Origin: Pseudothermotoga sp.
GTDB lineage: Bacteria; Thermotogota; Thermotogae; Thermotogales; DSM-5069
Length of the DNA: 64,000 nucleotides
Assembly: GCA_041640575.1 (NCBI GenBank)
Contig: JBEPZZ010000003.1
Coordinates: forward strand, 39,709-103,708
Direction of reading: 5' to 3'
In this document: positions 1 through 8,116 of the stretch, piece by piece
Layout of the letters: every line of letters begins with the position of its first letter
How positions within the stretch are numbered: the first letter of the stretch is position 1
Program-made: the position numbers and the translations under genes
Notes under the pieces: model-generated
The model's input: the letters and a program-made list of their open reading frames with translations, nothing else
Database searches by the model: none
What the model was told of the DNA's origin: nothing

Positions 1-266
1 TAGAAGTCTATCAGAACACTGGCAGAGCAAATATCATCAAGAGCGTAATTCTCAACTGAATATCCTTTTACAGTTCCAGTTTCGTCTATGAATTCATCAA
101 AGTATCTTGTAAGAAAGTTAAAGAACCTTTGTTCGCTTTTTACTCGATAAAGATCCAAACTGCCTTTTAAAATACAACCATCTTCGTAACACCAGCGTCC
201 TTTGTATGGTTGGTAAGATGATAAATATTGATCGATGTATCTTTCAATCTTACTGTTCTTTTTCAT
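1..266 (-). CDS. GH105 unsaturated (rhamno)galacturonyl hydrolase, YteR-like; partial, runs off the left edge
   Basis: Not in the ORF track. Manual translation from ATG 266: MKKNSKIERYIDQYLSSYQPYKGRWCYEDGCILKG...YSVENYALDDIC. WxYxxG and YxLDxI patterns of GH105/GH88; follows kduI in a pectin operon. Confidence 0.75.
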   Translation of the reverse strand, partial: MKKNSKIERYIDQYLSSYQPYKGRWCYEDGCILKGSLDLYRVKSEQRFFNFLTRYFDEFIDETGTVKGYSVENYALDDICSASVLIDF

Positions 267-283
267 TTATTCAACCCACCATC

Positions 284-1114
284 CTATTTCAACGCATAAA
301 TTGGAACACCATCCATATCGTCAAATTTTTGGTTTTCACCGGCCATGCACCATATAAAGGAGTAATTCCTCGTTCCCACACCGGAATGTATAGACCAGCT
401 GGGTGAAATAACTGCTTGCTCATTTGCAACAACTATGTGTTTTGTTTCTGAGGGTAATCCGACAAAGTGGAACACGCGATCATCTGGGCCCAGGTCAAAG
501 TAAAAGTACACCTCAGAACGTCTCTCATGAATGTGTGGAGGCATGGTATTCCAAACTGACCCTGGTTCAAGCATCGTTAAACCCATAACCAATTGACAGC
601 TTTTACAGACCGAGGGATGAATGTACTGATAAATTGTTCTCTTATTCGAAGTTAAAAGGTCTCCAAGTTTGACAGGGTTTGCTTTGGCAAATTCAATCTT
701 AACAGTCGGATAATGCGTATGTGCTGGAGCAGAACATATGTAGAATTTAGCGGGTTTAGCTGGGTTTTTCGAAAAAAATTCAACCACTTGTGTCCCCATA
801 CCAACATATAATCCATCTTTATTTGTTATTTCATAGTTTATTCCGTCAACCGAGACAATCCCCTCTCCTCCTATATTTATAATTCCAAGCTCCCTTCTTT
901 CCAGAAAATATGCCGCTTTTAACTCAGCTCCGATGTCAAGCAGTTGTGATTTTTTGACTGGCATTATTCCACCGAAAATAATCCTGTCTGAATGCGAATA
1001 GACTAAGCGTACTTCATCGTCACCAAAAATTTTCTCAACGAGAAATTTGTCACGCAGCTGGCGTGTATCGTACTTGCAAAAATCTTGTGGGTGAACTTGA
1101 TACCTTATTTCCAT
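284..1114 (-). CDS. kduI: 5-dehydro-4-deoxy-D-glucuronate (DKI) isomerase
   Basis: MEIRY...FLERRELGIINIGG, WNTMPPHIHERRSE and SWSIHSG motifs. Start moved to ATG 1114, behind AAGGAGG. Confidence 0.95.
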   Translation of the reverse strand: MEIRYQVHPQDFCKYDTRQLRDKFLVEKIFGDDEVRLVYSHSDRIIFGGIMPVKKSQLLDIGAELKAAYFLERRELGIINIGGEGIVSVDGINYEITNKDGLYVGMGTQVVEFFSKNPAKPAKFYICSAPAHTHYPTVKIEFAKANPVKLGDLLTSNKRTIYQYIHPSVCKSCQLVMGLTMLEPGSVWNTMPPHIHERRSEVYFYFDLGPDDRVFHFVGLPSETKHIVVANEQAVISPSWSIHSGVGTRNYSFIWCMAGENQKFDDMDGVPIYALK

Positions 1115-1118
1115 TTTG

Positions 1119-2669
1119 TCATTCCTCCTTGATGAGTCTATCAACATTTCTAGCAATTAGTTTCTCGCCAGTTAAAATTTCAATTTCTACGTCCTTCAAA
1201 ATGATCTCTTCCACATTTTTCATCCACATACCCTGTTGGCAAATGGTTTCAGCTCCATCAAACATTTCCGGCTTGAAAGGTTCACAATTTTGAGAGATCT
1301 CGAATCTCACTTTTTCCAGATTGATTCTCTTTACTTTTCTTTCAGGTAATCCATACACGAATGTAGCCATTGATTTTATGTTTTTACAGCTAACGTTCTT
1401 AATTGAAACAGTTCCTATGTAAGGTGTCCTATCGTCAACTGCGGCGTCAACTTTATCTGAAGAGTACGACGGGTCATAGTCAGAACCGCAATTGTAGAAG
1501 CAATTGATTGTAATCGGTACGAACACACCATCCATTTGAACATTCTCAAGACTTATTTCGTCCACATAACCTCCTCTTCCTCGTCTTGTTTTTATCCTTA
1601 AGCCTCTGTCCGTGTTTACAAAAAGGCAGTTACTTATTCTTATGTTTTTTATGCCCGATGACATCTCACTACCTATGACGACACCACCATGTCCATGCTT
1701 CATAAAACAGTTTCGAACTTCAATATCCTGAGAAGGAACGCCAAATTTCTTGCTAGTCTCGTATCTGCCTGATTTTATCGCAACGCAGTCGTCTCCGACG
1801 GATATCTCGCATCCGGCTATTAGAATATTCTTACAGGATTCGGGATTTATACCATCAGTGTTTGGCGAATTTGAGGGATTTTCAATCTTTAGTGTGAGCA
1901 GTTTTACGTTTTCACAGAACAGAAGATGAACTGTCCAAGAAGGTGAATTTTTGATAGTTATACCTTCGATCAATATGTTTTTGCATCCGTTTAGAAAAAT
2001 AGTTCTTGGTCTCCATGCCGATGATTTCATTTTCGCGTTGAACCACCATGTATCAAATCTTGCATTAGCGTCAATAACTCCCTGACCTGTTATTCGTACG
2101 TTTTCAACGTTGATTCCCGTTATTAGGCTTGCAAAACTTTCGGCAGGTTCACCTTCCCATGAGGAAAGGTAGAAATCACCGTATTTGGAGTACAACAATC
2201 CTGGGAGAATGGGGTACAGACTTCTTTCCGGTGCACCAAGTAGGACTGCATCCCTATGTATTTCAATGTTTATGTTGCTCTTCAAAAATATTGGGGTCAG
2301 CAAATAAGTACCACTAGGGAAAATAACTGTACCACCTTCGGGGCAAGATGAAATTGCGGCTTGAACCGCAAATGTGTCTAGGGTTCGACCATCACCTTTT
2401 GCGCCAAAATCTTTGACATTTACGGCGAAACCCTCTGGTTCAGTTTCAAACGATAGCCGCACATTTTTATTGGTTGGACCGTCGCAGATTTCAACAAGAT
2501 ATCTTTTTTCTGACTCTAGACCACAAATTGTTACAACATTTCTTCGAGTTCTTCCAAAGTTTTCGTTGTTAACGAAAATCTCGTACTGATAAGGCACAAT
2601 GTAACAATATTCGTTAATTAGTTCGATCGTTGCTGTATGACTGGTCGCTGATAAAACTGCTGCTTGCAA
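1119..2669 (-). CDS. GH28 (exo-)polygalacturonase with an N-terminal FN3-like domain; no signal peptide
   Basis: Catalytic motifs NTDG, GDD, GHG, RIK and the VKDFGAKGDG beta-helix start. TTG 2669 follows GAAGGGAG (ORF track start 2690). Confidence 0.9.
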   Translation of the reverse strand: MQAAVLSATSHTATIELINEYCYIVPYQYEIFVNNENFGRTRRNVVTICGLESEKRYLVEICDGPTNKNVRLSFETEPEGFAVNVKDFGAKGDGRTLDTFAVQAAISSCPEGGTVIFPSGTYLLTPIFLKSNINIEIHRDAVLLGAPERSLYPILPGLLYSKYGDFYLSSWEGEPAESFASLITGINVENVRITGQGVIDANARFDTWWFNAKMKSSAWRPRTIFLNGCKNILIEGITIKNSPSWTVHLLFCENVKLLTLKIENPSNSPNTDGINPESCKNILIAGCEISVGDDCVAIKSGRYETSKKFGVPSQDIEVRNCFMKHGHGGVVIGSEMSSGIKNIRISNCLFVNTDRGLRIKTRRGRGGYVDEISLENVQMDGVFVPITINCFYNCGSDYDPSYSSDKVDAAVDDRTPYIGTVSIKNVSCKNIKSMATFVYGLPERKVKRINLEKVRFEISQNCEPFKPEMFDGAETICQQGMWMKNVEEIILKDVEIEILTGEKLIARNVDRLIKEE

Positions 2670-2686
2670 TCTTATACGCTCCCTTC

Positions 2687-3619
2687 TCAACCTTTCAAAC
2701 CAGTTGTTGAAACGCCTTCAACAAAGTATCTTTGGGCGGCGAAGAAAATCACTATTGACGGCAACAGCGATATAAGCGACATGGCAATTATCACGTTCCA
2801 TTCAAAATTTCCAGTTGTTGTGTCCATGGCCATTCTTAAGGCAATCTGTACAGGATATTTTTCTACGCTTGATATGTAAATGAGCGGGCCTAGGAAATCG
2901 TTCATAGACCACATGAACTGGAACAATGCTACGGAAACAACAGCTGGTCTTATATTTGGGACAAGAATCTTGAGAAGAATCTGGAACGAGTTACAACCAT
3001 CTATTAAAGCAGCTTCGTCTAATTCTCTTGGTAAAGTCCTGAAAAACTGAATAAGCATAAAAACAAAGAATGCTTCATTCGCAAAAACAGTATGCGCGTA
3101 AAGCGGAACATAAGTGTCAAGAAGTTTGAGATTTCTCCAAAGCAAGTAAAGAGGTACAATCTTGACTGCCCATGGAAGAAACAGGGTAGCTATTAACAAA
3201 CCAAATAAAAATTTTTTCAGTGGAAAGCTAAATCTTGCGAATCCATAAGCTACTATCACAGAAGATATGACCGTAAAGACAACCTTTGGTATAACGTATT
3301 TGAAAGTATTCAGAAAATAGTGAGCAAAAGTGTATTGAGTGCCAGTTTTCCATCCAGCCACGTAAGGTGCGAAATCTATTCGTTTTGGGACAAACCATAC
3401 GGAGGTAAAGATCTCTGCGTTCGTCTTGAAAGACGCACCGATCAACCAAAGCATTGGATAGGCCATGAGAAATGCCCCAAGCGAGAGAATCATGTATCTC
3501 ATAACTAAATCCATTATTTTTCTGCGTTTTGCCCTTTTCAGGATCTCAAGATTCAGCAGTTTTGTATCGGTGATGTCAGCGATGTGCTGATTATTTGATC
3601 CGAAATTGCGATTCGTCAT
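2687..3619 (-). CDS. togN: Carbohydrate ABC transporter permease, TogN-like
   Basis: CUT1 MalG-type permease with EAA loop (LPRELDEAALIDG); sits between a togB-like SBP gene and GH28/kduI. Confidence 0.8.
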   Translation of the reverse strand: MTNRNFGSNNQHIADITDTKLLNLEILKRAKRRKIMDLVMRYMILSLGAFLMAYPMLWLIGASFKTNAEIFTSVWFVPKRIDFAPYVAGWKTGTQYTFAHYFLNTFKYVIPKVVFTVISSVIVAYGFARFSFPLKKFLFGLLIATLFLPWAVKIVPLYLLWRNLKLLDTYVPLYAHTVFANEAFFVFMLIQFFRTLPRELDEAALIDGCNSFQILLKILVPNIRPAVVSVALFQFMWSMNDFLGPLIYISSVEKYPVQIALRMAMDTTTGNFEWNVIIAMSLISLLPSIVIFFAAQRYFVEGVSTTGLKG

Positions 3620-3633
3620 ACTTTCACACTCCC

Positions 3634-4503
3634 TTAGGAAGTGTAGTAAACCCAGTACTTAGATGATCTGAAAATAATGGCCGTGAATATCATAGTAACG
3701 AGAAATAGAAACCAAGAGAGGGCACACGCATATCCCATGTCAAAGTATCTGAAGGCACTGTTGTAGATCATCATTGAGAACAGATATGTTCTGTACAGTG
3801 GGCCTCCACCCGTTATCATGAAAGGTGCGTTGAATTCCTGAAACGCATGAATCAGTCCCATCACAAGGTTGAAAAAGATGACCGGCGATAACAATGGGAG
3901 AGTTATCTTCCAAAACACTTGGTTTTTATTTGCACCATCTACCATTGCCGCTTCGTAGTACTCTTTCGGTATATCACGAAGTCCTGCTAGAAATATGACC
4001 ATTGCTGATCCAAATTGCCAAACTCTGAGGGTGCTTATTGCTGTAAGAGCCCCCCACTCTGTCGCGAACCACATTACAGGTTTTAAGCCAATGATCTTGA
4101 GAAACTGATTGATCAACCCATTATACTGAAATAAAAACCTCCAAAGCACAGCGATTGCTATATTTCCACCTAGTATTGAAGGAATGTAATAAATTGTTCG
4201 ATAGAAATTAATACCTTTCAAACTACTGTTGAGAACTAATGCTATCAATAATGCAAAAGCTAGTCTCGTGGGAACGGAGAGCACGACAAACTTGAGTGTA
4301 GCAGACAAGGACACCCAGAACAGTCTATCCTGAAACATTTTTATATAATTGGCAAAACCGACGAATTTTGGCTCATAGATGATCTTATAATCGGTGAAAC
4401 CGAGTATGAAGGAAGCTACAAAAGGATAGATTGTAAAAACAATCGTTCCAATGATCCAAGGTGAAATGTAAATCAATCCTAGATAACTTTTCTTAATTTT
4501 CAT
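3634..4503 (-). CDS. togM: Carbohydrate ABC transporter permease, TogM-like
   Basis: MalF-type permease: YISPWIIG, IPKEYYEAAMVDGA, ITGGGP. Confidence 0.8.
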   Translation of the reverse strand: MKIKKSYLGLIYISPWIIGTIVFTIYPFVASFILGFTDYKIIYEPKFVGFANYIKMFQDRLFWVSLSATLKFVVLSVPTRLAFALLIALVLNSSLKGINFYRTIYYIPSILGGNIAIAVLWRFLFQYNGLINQFLKIIGLKPVMWFATEWGALTAISTLRVWQFGSAMVIFLAGLRDIPKEYYEAAMVDGANKNQVFWKITLPLLSPVIFFNLVMGLIHAFQEFNAPFMITGGGPLYRTYLFSMMIYNSAFRYFDMGYACALSWFLFLVTMIFTAIIFRSSKYWVYYTS

Positions 4504-4533
4504 TTGTAAAGCATCATCCTTTCATTAATTTCA

Positions 4534-4556
4534 AGGGGCTGCACATAGCAGCCCCT
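4534..4556 (-). terminator. Intercistronic stem-loop after togB (mRNA stabiliser or partial terminator)
   Basis: Perfect 9-bp inverted repeat AGGGGCTGC-acata-GCAGCCCCT; no long U tail. Confidence 0.7.
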
Positions 4557-4574
4557 AAGTCCTTTTGAGACGGA

Positions 4575-5849
4575 CTATTTCACGATTTCTCTGAGAATTT
4601 CTTGAACTCTCCTATACATTTCCTTCGCAGCTTTATCAACTGTTAATGTGCCGTAAGAGATACTATCAATTATTTCTCTGTAAAGCGCTTGCAACTTTGC
4701 ATCTTCAAAATATGGACTTAACGAAAACTTCGTTGGATTTGATTTGAGCAATTCCAAACCGTCAACCTCAAGCCCGGCGAGCATACCAGCTTCTTGAAGA
4801 GCTTTGAGAGCAGCATTGCTTGCAGGAACACCCCTGGTCAAACCAAGTGCTTTTGCAGCTTCGGGATCATTCAAAAGGAAGTTTAGAAACAGTGCGGCTT
4901 CCTTTGGATACTTGGTATCTTTGTTTATGGCAAATAGCATAGAAGGTTTGAAGAGTATACCGGAGTCTTTCGAATCTGGGCCTACAAGAATACCACCAAG
5001 AACTAAGTCCATTCCCTTTTGTTTCAAAGGTGTAGCGCTCTTTCCAACTGCACTTGTCCACTCGTACAAACCAGCAAACTTTCCATTCAAGAAGCTTGGA
5101 AGCTGTGCGATGGGAACATCTCCAGTCCCGCCTTCTGCAGCTATATCTTGAATCCTAGGAGTCACCTTGGAATCAATCATTTTCTTGTAGAATCCGAGTG
5201 CCACTTTTAAATCTTCTTCTGTCCAAATCAATTTTCCATCGGTACTGAGGAACGGTTTGTTGAGGACTTGTGTGGCATAAAGTACAGATATCAACCAACC
5301 ATCGTATGAACCAGCAATTATTGGGTAGTAACCTTGAGGAAATTGTTTTGCTGCTGCAAAGAGGCTATCCCAGGTTTTGGGTATTGGTATACCAAATTGA
5401 TCGAAGGTTGTCCTGTTAAACCAAAAAACCCGACCAGTGAGTGAAACAGGTATACCGTTCAGCTTCCCGTTGATAGTAGCAAGGTCAAGAATTTCTTTGG
5501 AGTAGTTTGAAAGGTCGATGATATCAGCAAGTTTGTACAAATCGTAGAAGCCAGTTCCGTCTTTTGAAAAAACTGGTAACCAAGGCCAGTTGATTTGCAT
5601 CACATCTGCCGCAGTGCCACCGGCAAGTTGAATCGTTTGCTTCTCATAATACCCGCTCCAACCAGCGTACTCAGCCTTAATTTGAATGTGTGGATACTTA
5701 CGTTGGAACAGTTCGATAGCTTTAAGCGTTGCAGTGTGCCTGGTATCATCACCCCACCAGGAAAACCTAAGTGTGATAGTTTGTTGAGCGAAAACCGCCA
5801 AAGCTACTACATGAAGCAATACTAAAGTGACAAAAAATCTCCATTTCAC
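4575..5849 (-). CDS. togB: Oligogalacturonide-binding protein of an ABC transporter, TogB-like
   Basis: Signal peptide ending AVFA-QQ; LRFSWWG..RH and DVMQINWPWLPVFSKDGTGFYDL resemble TogB. GTG 5849 follows GGGAGGG. Confidence 0.85.
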   Translation of the reverse strand: MKWRFFVTLVLLHVVALAVFAQQTITLRFSWWGDDTRHTATLKAIELFQRKYPHIQIKAEYAGWSGYYEKQTIQLAGGTAADVMQINWPWLPVFSKDGTGFYDLYKLADIIDLSNYSKEILDLATINGKLNGIPVSLTGRVFWFNRTTFDQFGIPIPKTWDSLFAAAKQFPQGYYPIIAGSYDGWLISVLYATQVLNKPFLSTDGKLIWTEEDLKVALGFYKKMIDSKVTPRIQDIAAEGGTGDVPIAQLPSFLNGKFAGLYEWTSAVGKSATPLKQKGMDLVLGGILVGPDSKDSGILFKPSMLFAINKDTKYPKEAALFLNFLLNDPEAAKALGLTRGVPASNAALKALQEAGMLAGLEVDGLELLKSNPTKFSLSPYFEDAKLQALYREIIDSISYGTLTVDKAAKEMYRRVQEILREIVK

Positions 5850-5933
5850 CTCAATCCCTCCCCGTAAAGTAAGAGTTTTTTCAGATTGTTTAACCATTAG
5901 ATAAAAGCATTTCCACCGCATATACCAACACGA

Positions 5934-5962
5934 ATTATATTACTTGTAACAATCAGTGTCAA
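5934..5962 (-). promoter_or_regulatory. Sigma70/A-type promoter of the tog-GH28-kduI operon
   Basis: Perfect TTGACA (5962-5957)-N17-TATAAT (5939-5934) on the minus strand. Confidence 0.85.
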
Positions 5963-6058
5963 CTCTTCAGGTTTTTGAAACATACGTAACTATTAAGCAT
6001 GAAAGGCAAAAAAGGTATTTTGAGACAATAAAATACGGGGAATTCTTTATTCGAAGTG

Positions 6059-6134
6059 TGGAGGCGACGGTGGGATTCGAACCCACGAATAGGGATTTTG
6101 CAGACCCCCGCCTTAACCGCTTGGCTACGTCGCC
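6059..6134 (-). tRNA. tRNA-Cys (GCA)
   Basis: GGCGACG/CGTCGCC acceptor stem, GGGGT-CT-GCA-AA-ATCCC anticodon arm, GGTTCGAATCC T-arm, U73 and encoded CCA; 76 nt. Confidence 0.97.
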
Positions 6135-6144
6135 TTGCAAAAGT

Positions 6145-6173
6145 ATTTTATCATGATTTTTCAGCTAGTGCAA
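6145..6173 (-). promoter_or_regulatory. Promoter of tRNA-Cys
   Basis: TTGCAC-N17-TAAAAT with an extended -10 TG. Confidence 0.65.
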
Positions 6174-6186
6174 GTCAATCATCCAC

Positions 6187-6215
6187 TTGACTTAAACTAA
6201 AAGGTGTTATAAGAT
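6187..6215 (+). promoter_or_regulatory. Promoter of uraA
   Basis: TTGACT-N17-TAAGAT. Confidence 0.65.
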
Positions 6216-6229
6216 TTGCAAAGATACGG

Positions 6230-6265
6230 TTCCTTTAATTTGCCCCGGTGAGGGCAGGAAGGAGG
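6230..6265 (+). promoter_or_regulatory. PyrR-binding-site-like RNA hairpin overlapping the uraA Shine-Dalgarno
   Basis: UCCUUUAA-UU-UGCCC-CGGUGA-GGGCA-GG-AAGGAGG contains the UUUAA motif and a CNGNGA hexaloop; lower stem UCCUU/AAGGA pairs with the SD; precedes a uracil permease. Confidence 0.7.
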
Positions 6266-6272
6266 ATTAAAA

Positions 6273-7481
6273 ATGGTTGAGAAAGAACTTATGATTGCAG
6301 AAGAACGAGCATTCGGTGTGAAGTTTGCTACGCTCTCATTTCAGCACTTCGTTGCCATGTTTGGAGCCACAGTTCTTGTTCCTCTTTTGACTGGGTTAGA
6401 TCCATTAGTTGCACTCTTTTCGGCGGGACTTGGAACAATTGTTTTTCACGTATGTACTTCTGGTGTTGTTCCGGTGTTTCTTGGTTCAAGTTTTGCCTTC
6501 ATAGCTCCGGTGCTTTTGGTGAAGGAAAAATTTGGAGATATCCGTTATGCCACTGGAGGTATAGTTGCAGCGGGCCTGGTTTACCTGTTCTTTGCGTTTC
6601 TTGTTTGGGTTGTTGGCCTGGAAAGAATTAAGAAATTGTTCCCACCAATTGTGACTGGGCCAATAATTGTTTTGATCGGTCTGACGCTGAGTCCGGTTGC
6701 AATTCAGATGGCAAGTACTCATTGGTTCACTGCGGTTGTTGTCGTAACAACTGTAGTTGTTGCTTCTGCTATTCTGAAAGGTTTTTGGAACTTGATCCCA
6801 GTCTTGATTGGAGTGCTCGTTGGATATGCTGTCTCTGCGCTTACAGGACAAATCGATTTTTCGCCTATTAGACAAGTAAGCTGGTTCAGTGTTCCAAAGT
6901 TTTCATTTCCTCTTTTCAATTGGTCTGCTGTTGCAATGATAGCACCCGTGGCAATAGCTACATTCATGGAGCACATAGGTGACATTACAACAAATGGTGC
7001 AGTTGTAGGCAAGAACTTTTTTGAATATCCTGGTTTGCATAGAACTTTGATTGGTGACGGCCTTGCCACTGCCGTAGCAGGTTTGATTGGTGGTCCTGCA
7101 AACACTACTTATAGCGAAAACACAGGTGTTCTTGCTCTTACCAAGGTGTATGACCCTCGAGTTCTCAGAGGAGCGGCTTTTTTAGCGATCGTTGCTTCTT
7201 TTGTTTCAAAGTTTGGCGCAGTGCTTCAGACGATTCCATCTTCTGTGATCGGCGGCATTAGTCTTATATTGTTCGGGATGATAGCCTCTGTTGGAATCAG
7301 GACCCTAGTAAATGCCAGAGTTGATTTCTCTAAGGCAAAGAATTTGCTTGTTGCTTCTCTCATTTTGACTATTGGTTTGGGTGGCGCAACACTGAGAATT
7401 GGTCCAGTAGAATTGAAAGGCATAAGCCTTGCTGCTATAGTTGGAATATTAGCAAATATTCTGATTCCAGATAGAGTCTAA
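6273..7481 (+). CDS. uraA: Uracil permease (NCS2/NAT family)
   Basis: QHFVAMFGATVLVP, MEHIGD and the NAT signature PANTTYSENTGV; many TM helices. Confidence 0.9.
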   Translation: MVEKELMIAEERAFGVKFATLSFQHFVAMFGATVLVPLLTGLDPLVALFSAGLGTIVFHVCTSGVVPVFLGSSFAFIAPVLLVKEKFGDIRYATGGIVAAGLVYLFFAFLVWVVGLERIKKLFPPIVTGPIIVLIGLTLSPVAIQMASTHWFTAVVVVTTVVVASAILKGFWNLIPVLIGVLVGYAVSALTGQIDFSPIRQVSWFSVPKFSFPLFNWSAVAMIAPVAIATFMEHIGDITTNGAVVGKNFFEYPGLHRTLIGDGLATAVAGLIGGPANTTYSENTGVLALTKVYDPRVLRGAAFLAIVASFVSKFGAVLQTIPSSVIGGISLILFGMIASVGIRTLVNARVDFSKAKNLLVASLILTIGLGGATLRIGPVELKGISLAAIVGILANILIPDRV

Positions 7482-7524
7482 AGCATTGATCAATTTGGTA
7501 CAATCAATTTGAGGAGGAAATAAA

Positions 7525-8112
7525 CTGAATATCAAAAGAGTTTTAATAAGTGTCTGGGACAAAACAGGCATAGTGAATTTTGCAAAAGCCTTGAGTAGCA
7601 TAGGTGTTGAACTTATAGCTACTCAAGGCACCGCATCTTTTTTGGCAGATCACGGCATTCTTGTCAAATCCATTAATGAATTCACAAACTCCGCCGACTT
7701 GCTAGACGGTTTGATAAAAACGATACATCCAAAGATTTTTGCTGCAGTTTTGGCAAAATCAACAGAGGACCATTTTGCACAACTTAGAGAACTTGGCATG
7801 CAACCAATCGACATGGTTGTTGTAAACCTAAGACCAGTTGATTATAAAGCAACAACTGACGAAAAAGCCTTGCTTGAGAACATTGATATCGGTGGAGTAG
7901 CATTGCTAAGAGCTGCGGCAAAGAATTACAGAAATGTTGTCCCGGTTTGTGATTATGCTGATTTTCAGGAAATTCTTGATTCAGTGGACAAATGTGGGGA
8001 TGTAACTCTGTATCTAAGAAGAAAGTTATGCATCAAGGCTTTGAAGAAATGTGCGGAATACGACCTGCATGTCAGCGAAATTCTTTCACAACTTTTTGCC
8101 ATCGAAATGTGA
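7525..8112 (+). CDS. Stand-alone PurH N-terminal (IMP cyclohydrolase/MGS-like) domain protein, 195 aa; probable CTG start
   Basis: IKRVLISVWDKTGIVNFAKAL, KTIHPKI, IDMVVVNL and ENIDIGGVALLRAAAKNY match the PurH N-domain. No AICAR transformylase domain. GAGGAGG-7 nt-CTG, with an in-frame TGA at 7510. Confidence 0.8.
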   Translation: MNIKRVLISVWDKTGIVNFAKALSSIGVELIATQGTASFLADHGILVKSINEFTNSADLLDGLIKTIHPKIFAAVLAKSTEDHFAQLRELGMQPIDMVVVNLRPVDYKATTDEKALLENIDIGGVALLRAAAKNYRNVVPVCDYADFQEILDSVDKCGDVTLYLRRKLCIKALKKCAEYDLHVSEILSQLFAIEM

Positions 8113-8116
8113 ACGT

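Noticed and set aside
5956..6156. 66-aa ORF on the plus strand
   Set aside because: Antisense to tRNA-Cys (VEATVGFEPT is the typical tRNA reverse-complement artefact).
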